Below are positions 45,974 through 54,559 of a stretch of DNA of 64,000 nucleotides, piece after piece. Position numbers and translations under genes: made by a program. This DNA is from Gammaproteobacteria bacterium. Its GTDB lineage: Bacteria > Pseudomonadota > Gammaproteobacteria > UBA4575. The stretch lies in the NCBI GenBank assembly GCA_965222615.1, contig CBDCUI010000008.1:1024001-1088000 (forward strand), given 5' to 3'. How positions within the stretch are numbered: position 1 is the stretch's first letter; the number at the start of each line of letters is the position of its first letter. The notes under the pieces were generated by a model. That model ran no database searches. It saw only the letters and a program-made list of their open reading frames with translations, and was not told the DNA's origin.

Positions 45974-46837
45974 ATGGTAACTAATAGAATTCAAAAGATA
46001 CTTGATCGAGTAAACGCTTTAGCCTTTCCGGGCATCTATGACACCTTATCGGCTAAAATTGCGGAACAAGTGGGCTTTCCAATGGGGTTCATTTCTGGGT
46101 ATTCGTTAGCTGCTGCCACCATAGGTGAGCCCGATTTTGGCCTACTTACACAAACAGAGGTGGTGGATAGGGCGCGTGCAATTTGTTCCAGTGTATCGAT
46201 ACCGATTATTGTGGATGCGGACACCGGTTATGGAAATCCTTTAAATGTGTATCGTACCGTAAAACAATTAATTGACGCTGGAGCTGCTGGTTGTTTTTTA
46301 GAAGATCAAGTATGGCCAAAAAAATGTGGACACATGCGTAACAAGAAAGTAATCGAGCGTGAAGACTATCTACAAAAAATTAAAGCTGCAGTGGATGCAA
46401 GAGGTAGGAATGATTTTTTTATCGTAGCACGTACCGATGCTGAAGCTGTTATTGGTTTAGATGAAGCTATCGAACGTGTAAAAGCCGCACGTGATTTAGG
46501 TGCTGATGCAAGTTTTGTCGAAGCGCCTGGTTCAATCGAGCAGTTAAAAAAAATTGGTCAACAAGCACCAAAACCCATTGTGGCAAACATGATTGAAGGG
46601 GGACGTACCCCGGTACTACCTAAACAGGAGTTAGTCGATCTAGGATTCCAATTAATTCTTTATCCCCTGACAGGTTTGTTTGCAGCCGGTAAGACAATGC
46701 GTGATTTTTATACAAAGTTACACCAAGATGGCACTACACTTGGAATGGAAGAGAATCTGCTTAATTTTACAGATTTCAATGAGCTTATTGGTGTCGAAGA
46801 TAAATATGAGCAGTCCGAAAAATATGGCGTGCAATAG
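45974..46837 (+). CDS. isocitrate lyase/PEP mutase family protein (PrpB-like)
   Basis: DADTGYG, EDQxxPKKCGH and ARTDA motifs. Confidence 0.88.
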   Translation: MVTNRIQKILDRVNALAFPGIYDTLSAKIAEQVGFPMGFISGYSLAAATIGEPDFGLLTQTEVVDRARAICSSVSIPIIVDADTGYGNPLNVYRTVKQLIDAGAAGCFLEDQVWPKKCGHMRNKKVIEREDYLQKIKAAVDARGRNDFFIVARTDAEAVIGLDEAIERVKAARDLGADASFVEAPGSIEQLKKIGQQAPKPIVANMIEGGRTPVLPKQELVDLGFQLILYPLTGLFAAGKTMRDFYTKLHQDGTTLGMEENLLNFTDFNELIGVEDKYEQSEKYGVQ

Positions 46838-46852
46838 GACGTAAAGGCTGAT

Positions 46853-48388
46853 TCATGTTTCAAGTAGAGCAATCAAATATGAGCTAAGCACATAAGCAAG
46901 AACAGTGATGATTGAGAGGCAAATCAAGTTGAGTCTCAAGCCAGTTTTGCGCATTTGTTGCATAGAAATATAGCCGGAACCAAAAACTATTGCATTAGGT
47001 GGGGTTGCAATAGGTAGCATAAAGGCACAACTTGCCGCAATAGCGGCAGGGATGATTAAAATATAAGGATGCATGTTGAATGATGGTGCAATGGCGGCTA
47101 ATACTGGTACCAAAGTCGCTGTTGTTGCAGTGTTGGAAGTCAATTCTGTTAAAAACACGACTGCACTGATTATAATTAATAAGATTAAAAAGGCTGGCAT
47201 TACAGCAAGAAAGGTTGTCTGTGCACCGATAAATTCGGTTACCCCGTTATCTTTAACAGCAGCAGCTAGACTTAAGCCGCCGCCAAGCAATATTAAGATC
47301 CCCCAGGGCAAATTTATTAAATCCTCCCATTCGAGCACAAATTTTTTAGAGCTATTTTTGGCAGGGATAATAAATAACAGAATTGCACCAAATATAGCAA
47401 TGCTTGAATCTGTTAAATCAGATAAAGGATTTATGGTTTTTCCATTGAAAGAAATTTCGATACTTTGTAAGTAAGTGCGGCTTAACCAAAGAAATACTGT
47501 CAAGCCAAAAATATATAATACTGTTTTTTCTTCATAACTCATGTTGCCAAGTGCAAAGCTTTCTTTTTTCAAGTCTGCAGACGAATGATTAAGTTGAATT
47601 TTGTCCACTTTGTAAATAACTTTCGTCAATAGCCACCAACAAAGTGGTAACAATATAATTACCACTGGCACTCCAATTTTTGACCATTCCAAAAAACTAA
47701 TGTCTTGTTGATAAGGGGTTTCAATTGCATCTTTTACAAATGAAACTACAAAGAGGTTCGGTGCGGTGCCAATTACCGTAGAAATTCCGCCAATATTTGC
47801 CGCATAGGCAATACTAAGCATAATGCAAGTGGCAAATGCATGCGTCTTGTATTTATTTGTCATGTTTATTTCATTTTTATCTCGTAGTAGTAACGCAATC
47901 ACGCTGAGTCCTATGGGAAGCATCATTGTGGTCGTTGCTGTGTTTGAGATAAAAGCGCTTAAAAAAGCTGTAGCTAACATAAAACCACCCACAATTTGAG
48001 AAGGGGTGTTACCAATATTTCTCAAGATTGTTAATGCGATGCGCTTATCTAATCCCCAACGTTGAATTGCAGTGGCAATAATGAAGCCACCCAAAAATAA
48101 AAATATAATATGTGAAGCATAGGGCGCTGTAGCGGCTTTAATGGTAGTTACTCCAAATAAAGGAAAACATGCAATCGGTAATAATGCAGTTACGCGAATA
48201 TCGGTGGCTTCTGTCAGCCACCAGATTGCCATCCACACCAACATGGCTAAGGTGGCTCGTGCGGCTTGATCAAATAAGTTAGTTTCCCCTTGAGTATTCA
48301 AATACTGATCCGGCAATAAAAAATAGATAATAAGTGCCACCAAAGGACCTGCAATAAGCCAAATTACCTTGTTGCCACGGATTCGCAT
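46853..48388 (-). CDS. DASS/SLC13 sodium-coupled anion symporter
   Basis: Two SNTAT motifs, GTAPN, ATPPNAI. Confidence 0.93.
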   Translation of the reverse strand: MRIRGNKVIWLIAGPLVALIIYFLLPDQYLNTQGETNLFDQAARATLAMLVWMAIWWLTEATDIRVTALLPIACFPLFGVTTIKAATAPYASHIIFLFLGGFIIATAIQRWGLDKRIALTILRNIGNTPSQIVGGFMLATAFLSAFISNTATTTMMLPIGLSVIALLLRDKNEINMTNKYKTHAFATCIMLSIAYAANIGGISTVIGTAPNLFVVSFVKDAIETPYQQDISFLEWSKIGVPVVIILLPLCWWLLTKVIYKVDKIQLNHSSADLKKESFALGNMSYEEKTVLYIFGLTVFLWLSRTYLQSIEISFNGKTINPLSDLTDSSIAIFGAILLFIIPAKNSSKKFVLEWEDLINLPWGILILLGGGLSLAAAVKDNGVTEFIGAQTTFLAVMPAFLILLIIISAVVFLTELTSNTATTATLVPVLAAIAPSFNMHPYILIIPAAIAASCAFMLPIATPPNAIVFGSGYISMQQMRKTGLRLNLICLSIITVLAYVLSSYLIALLET

Positions 48389-48483
48389 ATCTCTAATGCT
48401 CTAATAGCTTGATATTACTTAATAAATTAAGTTTAGTTAAAATAGTGGTCTCACAACCAGCTCATGAAGATACAGTAATTGCG

Positions 48484-49506
48484 ATGAAAAACAACGCACC
48501 AAGCCAAGATGTTCTTTCACGTCCATTATGTGATCTTAGAATTTCTGTTACGGATCGATGTAACTTTCGTTGTACTTATTGTATGCCCAAAGAAGTGTTT
48601 AATTCTGATTACGAGTTTTTGCGTAGGGACGACTTGCTCACTTTTGAAGAGATTACACGAATTTCTAAACTCTTCAGTACTTTGGGAGTTAAAAAAATAC
48701 GCTTAACAGGCGGTGAGCCGCTATTGCGAAAAAAACTTCCTGTGTTAATTGAGCAGCTTGCACAAATAGAAGGGATTGAAGACATTAGTCTTACAACTAA
48801 TGGTGTGTTATTGACAGAAAAACTTGCAGAACAGCTTAAAAGTGTTGGGTTAAATCGAATTACTATCAGCTTAGATGCATTAGATGATGCGGCTTTTAAA
48901 AGCATTAGTGATGTTTCATTTGATGTTGGACAAGTATTACGAGCTATCGACTATGCTGACCTAGCTAGCCTTTCACCAATAAAGATTAATATGGTTGTTA
49001 AAAAGGGTGTCAACGAACATGCTATTTTGCCAATGGCTAAATATTTTCGTAGTAGCGATAAAATTGTACGCTTTATTGAATTTATGGATGTAGGCAGTAC
49101 AAATCAATGGCAAATGGAGGATGTCTTTTCAGCAAAAGAGATTATTGAGCTCATTGATGAGCATTATGCAATTGAACCTATCGATGCTAATTACAAAAGT
49201 GAAGTTGCTAAACGTTGGCGCTATAAAGATGGTGAAGGTGAAATAGGAATTATATCGTCAGTTACACAACCCTTTTGCCAGGATTGCTCGCGAGCAAGAT
49301 TGTCAGCAGAAGGAAAACTATATACTTGCTTATTTGCAACTCAGGGTAGTGATTTACGACACTTGATAAGAGAAGGCGCTGATGATGAATACATCGCTGA
49401 AGTAATCAGTTCAATTTGGAAAAAGCGCAACGATCGTTATTCAGAGCTTAGAACTTCGCAAACAGCATTATCACCAAAAGTTGAGATGTCTTATATAGGT
49501 GGCTGA
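48484..49506 (+). CDS. moaA: GTP 3',8-cyclase
   Basis: CNFRCTYC, second Cys cluster, C-terminal MSYIGG; ATG 48484. Confidence 0.96.
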   Translation: MKNNAPSQDVLSRPLCDLRISVTDRCNFRCTYCMPKEVFNSDYEFLRRDDLLTFEEITRISKLFSTLGVKKIRLTGGEPLLRKKLPVLIEQLAQIEGIEDISLTTNGVLLTEKLAEQLKSVGLNRITISLDALDDAAFKSISDVSFDVGQVLRAIDYADLASLSPIKINMVVKKGVNEHAILPMAKYFRSSDKIVRFIEFMDVGSTNQWQMEDVFSAKEIIELIDEHYAIEPIDANYKSEVAKRWRYKDGEGEIGIISSVTQPFCQDCSRARLSAEGKLYTCLFATQGSDLRHLIREGADDEYIAEVISSIWKKRNDRYSELRTSQTALSPKVEMSYIGG

Positions 49507-49869
49507 GAGCAACTGTAAGTAAAAAACTTGATCAATATTGTAGTTGGTAAGTTCAGCAAACCGCATTGCTTGATAATTTCATCGATATGCATTAACAGTA
49601 TTATTATGCCGTTTATGCGCAAAAATCTACCGTTCATCCTCAAGTTTTACTAAAGTAAGCCAAATCTTTATCAAATTATACTCATGTAAGCTGCACACTG
49701 CTTGTCATAAGAAGTAGTTTTTCTTAAGAAATAAGTAGTCTAATAAATAAAGTAATTTTAGCTTTATTGTCTTAGTGAAAAATTTATGTAGTCAGTAGTT
49801 ATGGCTTTGTAAAGGCACTTAACAAAACAAAAATAAAGGCTTTATGTTATCCAGAGAGTTAAAAAGAAG

Positions 49870-50610
49870 ATGGAGAAGGTTAAACCAAAGTTTTTATGGA
49901 TGGTTCTAGGTATTTTTATCGCCTATTCTCTTGGTGTCGTAACTGCTCGATATAAGCTATTTCCATATAAATCGTTGCGAGAGTTTAAAAGGTTCGTGCA
50001 AAATGATGGTAGTGTAAATGCGCATGAACGTAATAATAAATATTCTTACACAAGTACTTACTATCTCAATAAAACCTCATTTTTCGTGGAACATAATAAG
50101 CATGTAGATATAGTGATGCTCGGTGATAGTCTTACTGATAATGCGGAATGGGGCATTTTACTTCCACAAGTAAATATAGCTGATCATGGTATTTCTGGGG
50201 ATACGACACTTGGTGTGCTTAATCGATTGGATTTAGCAATAAATACTAATGCTTCTAAGGTGTTTGTTATGATTGGTGTTAATGATTTATATAAAGGCAT
50301 AGGTATTGAAGAAGTAGTTACTAACTATCGGAAAATAGTTAATGAGCTAGTGGAAAATAAAGTTGATGTTTATATACAGTCTACTCTTTTCCTTGCTGAA
50401 GGTAATGCTAGGCTGAATAAAAAAATAGTTCAGCTTAATGAAGAGTTAGAGCAATTTGCGCGTGCTAACGAGTCAGTTGCTTTTGTTGATTTGAATTCAA
50501 AATTATCTAATGGCAAGTTTTTAATTGCTGAATATACTAATGATATTAAGATGTTAAATGGAAAAGGATACAAAATTTGGAGAGATATGATAAAACCATA
50601 TGTACATTGA
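49870..50610 (+). CDS. GDSL/SGNH hydrolase family protein
   Basis: GDSL, GISGD, GVND; block V lacks His. Confidence 0.82.
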   Translation: MEKVKPKFLWMVLGIFIAYSLGVVTARYKLFPYKSLREFKRFVQNDGSVNAHERNNKYSYTSTYYLNKTSFFVEHNKHVDIVMLGDSLTDNAEWGILLPQVNIADHGISGDTTLGVLNRLDLAINTNASKVFVMIGVNDLYKGIGIEEVVTNYRKIVNELVENKVDVYIQSTLFLAEGNARLNKKIVQLNEELEQFARANESVAFVDLNSKLSNGKFLIAEYTNDIKMLNGKGYKIWRDMIKPYVH

Positions 50611-50682
50611 TTTGTTAGGAGAATATCTAAAGCTTTTTTACTATGCTGATTAGATTAGAGTCATTATTTGTATAGATTATGA

Positions 50683-51204
50683 TTACTCCTTGAGTCTTGG
50701 TATCAATTCAACTAAGTTGCAAGGTTTGTTACGGTTATCGAGTTGATGTGAGATAAGCTTGTCCCAAGCTTCAGCACATGCGCCTGATGAACCAGGTAAG
50801 CAAAAAATATACGTTGCATTGGCGACACCTGCGAATGCGCGAGATTGTAGTGTAGAGGTTTTAATTGTTTCATACGATAGCACACGAAACATTTCACCGA
50901 AGCCCGTAATTTCTTTATCCAATAAAGGTCGAATTGCCTCGGGAGTACCGTCTCGCCCTGTCACTCCTGTGCCACCAGTAGTAAGAATGACATCGGGTTT
51001 AATTTCGGCGACCCATGTGGCCACGATTGCTCGGATTTTATAGATATTGTCTGGGACAATTGCTTTCTCAAACTGATTATGACCTGCAGAATTTAAACGA
51101 TCACAGAGGAGTTTACCTGATTTGTCATCAGCTTCTGTACGGGTATCAGAGATGGTTAATACCGCAATATCTAAAGGTATAAAAGTACGCTCGTTCTTAC
51201 TCAT
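50683..51204 (-). CDS. moaB: molybdenum cofactor biosynthesis protein B
   Basis: TGGTGVTGRDGTPEA, QSRA and LPGS motifs. Confidence 0.95.
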   Translation of the reverse strand: MSKNERTFIPLDIAVLTISDTRTEADDKSGKLLCDRLNSAGHNQFEKAIVPDNIYKIRAIVATWVAEIKPDVILTTGGTGVTGRDGTPEAIRPLLDKEITGFGEMFRVLSYETIKTSTLQSRAFAGVANATYIFCLPGSSGACAEAWDKLISHQLDNRNKPCNLVELIPRLKE

Positions 51205-51270
51205 ATATAATAGTAGCTAGATTGGTCGATATACTTAATTTAACGTAGTTGGCATTAAATGTCATAGAAA

Positions 51271-51720
51271 ATGAAAGTTGAAATTCGAAATGCTCAATTT
51301 GATCCTTGTCAGGAAGTCTTGATTTATCAAGAAAATAATCTTTCCCCAGGTAAATTTGGAGCCGCAACAATCTTTATTGGAACTATGCGTGATTTCAATG
51401 AGGGTGATGCTGTAACAGCTATGAATCTAGAATATTATCCAGAAATGACACAGCAACATCTAGAACAAATCGCAAAAGAGGCGATGGAGAAATTTGATAT
51501 TTTAGACTTATTTGTTTTGCATAGAGTGGGACAAATATTTCCTGGAAATCCTATTGTATGTGTTGCTGTATGGTCAGAACATCGTGCTGCGGCCTATGAA
51601 GCCAATCGATTTATTATGGAAGATTTAAAAGTCAAAGCACCTTTTTGGAAACAAGAAACATTAGAGAAAAATACTAGTGGGAGGACTATGCGCTGGGTAG
51701 AAAAAAATACTCAGAACTAA
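51271..51720 (+). CDS. moaE: molybdopterin synthase catalytic subunit
   Basis: FIGTMR, HRVG, HR and APFWKQE motifs. Confidence 0.93.
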   Translation: MKVEIRNAQFDPCQEVLIYQENNLSPGKFGAATIFIGTMRDFNEGDAVTAMNLEYYPEMTQQHLEQIAKEAMEKFDILDLFVLHRVGQIFPGNPIVCVAVWSEHRAAAYEANRFIMEDLKVKAPFWKQETLEKNTSGRTMRWVEKNTQN

Positions 51721-51733
51721 GTGAGTATAAAGC

Positions 51734-53020
51734 TTAAACGATAACCTCAAAAGGTAATACTTGTACTACATCACCTACATCCACACCTTTAGACTCCATT
51801 GGTAAAATAATAAAGCAGTTTGCATCAGACATAGAACGTAGAATTCCAGAACCTTGTGCGCCAGTTTTCTTTACTTCGTGCTGAGTAGGATCATTTTTGT
51901 TAGTGTCTAAAACACCACGTTGATATTCAATTCGACCGGGTCTTTTACGTAGCTTTGTTTGGCAGATTGCATTAATTATTAACGGCTCGTGTAAATTTGT
52001 TCCCATCATTTTTTTAAGTGCAGGCTGTACAAACATATAGAACGTAACCATTACTGAAACTGGATTACCGGGTAGACCAAAAAACCACGTATTGTTTATC
52101 TTGCCAAAGGCTAAAGGTCTGCCAGGTTTTATTGCGACTTTCCAAAAGTTTACTTCGCCAAGTTCTTCTAAAGTTTCCTTTACAAAATCTGCTTCTCCTA
52201 CGGACACACCTCCAGAGGTAATAATAACATCGGCTTGATTAGCTGCATTTGTAAATGCTTGCATAACTGCATCTTTGTCATCTTGAATAACACCCATATC
52301 GATGATTTCAACACCGAGCCGCGACAGCATGCCATATAAAGTGTACCGGTTACTGTCATAGATTTGTCCTTTTTCTAAGATACTACCAACCGGGCGTAAC
52401 TCATCACCTGTTGAAAAAAAAGCTACACGCAATTTTTGATAAACCTCTATTTCACTAATACCCACAGATGCAAGCAGACCTAATTCTGCTGGTGTAACCA
52501 ACTTTCCTGCAGCAACGACAGTTTCTCCAATTGTAATATCTTCGCCAGCTTGGCGTACGTTTTGCCCTGGTTTATTTGTATGATCAATTAAGATCTGATC
52601 ACCTTCTTCGCTTACTATTTTCTCAACATGTTCTTGCATAACAACGGTATCTGTACTTTGTGGCATTACTGCACCTGTCATGATGCGGACGCACTCATCT
52701 TGATTTACAGATCCTAAGAATAGTTGACCTGCCCAAGCTGTTCCAATCACTTTAAAAGCTTGTTGACCTTGTGACGGGATTAAACTGCTATGTAGTGCGT
52801 ATCCATCCATAGCAGAGTTGGTATGACCAGGAACATCGATCTTAGAGTGAATATTTTTTGCCGTAACTCGATTGAGTGCTTCTCTTATTAACAGTTTTTC
52901 AGACTTTGACTGAACATTTACAGTATTTAATATTTGCTGCAGGGCTTTCTTGGCATCTAGAGATGATGGATCAAAATCATCCATGCAACTAGGATCGTAT
53001 TTTGTATTACTTGCTGTCAT
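51734..53020 (-). CDS. moeA: molybdopterin molybdotransferase
   Basis: SAMDGYA, STGDEL, SGGVSVG, KPGRP and LPGNP motifs. Confidence 0.96.
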   Translation of the reverse strand: MTASNTKYDPSCMDDFDPSSLDAKKALQQILNTVNVQSKSEKLLIREALNRVTAKNIHSKIDVPGHTNSAMDGYALHSSLIPSQGQQAFKVIGTAWAGQLFLGSVNQDECVRIMTGAVMPQSTDTVVMQEHVEKIVSEEGDQILIDHTNKPGQNVRQAGEDITIGETVVAAGKLVTPAELGLLASVGISEIEVYQKLRVAFFSTGDELRPVGSILEKGQIYDSNRYTLYGMLSRLGVEIIDMGVIQDDKDAVMQAFTNAANQADVIITSGGVSVGEADFVKETLEELGEVNFWKVAIKPGRPLAFGKINNTWFFGLPGNPVSVMVTFYMFVQPALKKMMGTNLHEPLIINAICQTKLRKRPGRIEYQRGVLDTNKNDPTQHEVKKTGAQGSGILRSMSDANCFIILPMESKGVDVGDVVQVLPFEVIV

Positions 53021-53098
53021 GTTGTACTTAACTAGTGGTGTTTCCTATATTATAAGTATAATTTTAGTTATAGTATGAACTTAAGATCTTACACTTAA

Positions 53099-53241
53099 GG
53101 AAATTCTGATTTATCCTGCCTTAATTAATTTTTTTGGTCGTTAAAAAATGTTGAGAAACGCTCATGTATTCGTATATACACTCCACTTTCTCAACATTTT
53201 TTGCTTCATCTCAATCATTGCATTAATAAATCAGAACTTCC
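53099..53241. repeat. ERIC-like palindromic MITE (family A)
   Basis: GGAAATTCTGATTTAT...ATAAATCAGAACTTCC terminal IR; related to the 18990 copy. Confidence 0.75.
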
Positions 53242-53284
53242 TAAATCTAATATAATTAGAACTTTTGCCATATTCAATTTTTTA

Positions 53285-54301
53285 ATGTTGATACTAGATA
53301 AAAAGTCAATTTGTCGTAGCTTTTTCAAGCAATTAATTCTTGGATGCTTGATAAGCATAGCAGGTTTGACGAATGCCGAATGGCTTACTGAAGATGCAAC
53401 CATTATGGGCACTACAATCCGTGTTGAAGTTTGGCATCCAAAAGAAGAGGTGCGACAGAAAGGCGCTCAACTAGTGTTAGAAGAGATGGAACGTATCAAT
53501 CGTCTAATGAGCCCATATATTGACCAAAGCCAGTTATCTAAAATAAATAAGTATGCACATGAAGGCCCCATTGAGATTGATAAAGATCTGTTTGCAGTAA
53601 TTAAGAAATCTTTAGAAATTTCTGAGCTCACACAAGGGGCGTTTGATATCACATATGCTAGTGTAGGTCATATGTTCAATTATAGAAAAAAAATTAAGCC
53701 AAGTGATATTGAAATAGATCGGGCAAGAGAATTCATTAATTATAAAAATGTAATTTTAGATCATGAAAAATGCACCGTGTCGTTTGCAAAACAGGGAGTA
53801 AAGATCGATCTAGGAGGGATTGCAAAGGGTTTTGCTGTCGATCAGGGAATTAATGCCCTAATAGATCTAGGTGTTGAACATGCGTTGGTTTCTGCGGGGG
53901 GAGATACACGTATTTTAGGGGATCGATTAGGGAGGCCTTGGTTGGTAGGCATCCGCGATCCAGAAAACCCAGATGAAGTTGCTGCAATGTTGCCTTTACA
54001 AAATGAAGCATTATCTACATCAGGAGACTACGAACGGTTTTTCATTGAAGACGGGGTTAAATATCATCACATTATTAATCCTGGTACGGGTAAATCAGCA
54101 AGTGGCTTACGCAGTGTTTCGATTTTGGGTACTGATTCAACTACAACTGACGCTCTTTCAACTAGTATTTTTATTTTAGGTGTAGATGAAGGACTCGCAT
54201 TGCTAGATGAATTAGCAGATATAGAAGGTGTCATTATTGATCAAAAGGGGAAGCTTTATTATTCAGAAGGTTTAAAGAGAGAAGAAAAGCCATTGGAGTA
54301 A
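53285..54301 (+). CDS. apbE: FAD:protein FMN transferase
   Basis: MGT, GAFDIT, DLGGIAKG, TSGDYER, HHIINP and DALST motifs; ATG 53285 (ORF-track start lies inside the MITE). Confidence 0.94.
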   Translation: MLILDKKSICRSFFKQLILGCLISIAGLTNAEWLTEDATIMGTTIRVEVWHPKEEVRQKGAQLVLEEMERINRLMSPYIDQSQLSKINKYAHEGPIEIDKDLFAVIKKSLEISELTQGAFDITYASVGHMFNYRKKIKPSDIEIDRAREFINYKNVILDHEKCTVSFAKQGVKIDLGGIAKGFAVDQGINALIDLGVEHALVSAGGDTRILGDRLGRPWLVGIRDPENPDEVAAMLPLQNEALSTSGDYERFFIEDGVKYHHIINPGTGKSASGLRSVSILGTDSTTTDALSTSIFILGVDEGLALLDELADIEGVIIDQKGKLYYSEGLKREEKPLE

Positions 54302-54559
54302 AATAACTCATTGAGTTTTGTGATGCAGTTCTCTTTACATTTTTTAACAATTTATCTCTATACCGTTTATCTGTTGTTCATGACCGTTTGTACTTCTGTC
54401 ACGGTTACACATTTATAACTCAAGAATAATTCCGATACAGAGTCCTAGTTAAATCAAGGACATAGTGGAATTAAGTTTTATGTATAAGTCACATGGTAGT
54501 GACTTAGTATAAAGTTAATTATGGAACGTATAGGGAAATTAAGTTTATTGGAGTTGGAT

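Noticed and set aside
49678-49705. Possible degenerate ERIC-like core (ACTCATGTA...CACACT)
   Set aside because: No flanking stems or terminal repeats.
51205-51270. Hidden moaD between moaB and moaE
   Set aside because: The gap is only 66 nt; moaD and moaC are presumably elsewhere.
54319-54334. CRP-like site TGTGA-N6-TCTCT upstream of the heme gene
   Set aside because: The second half-site is a weak match and could be chance.
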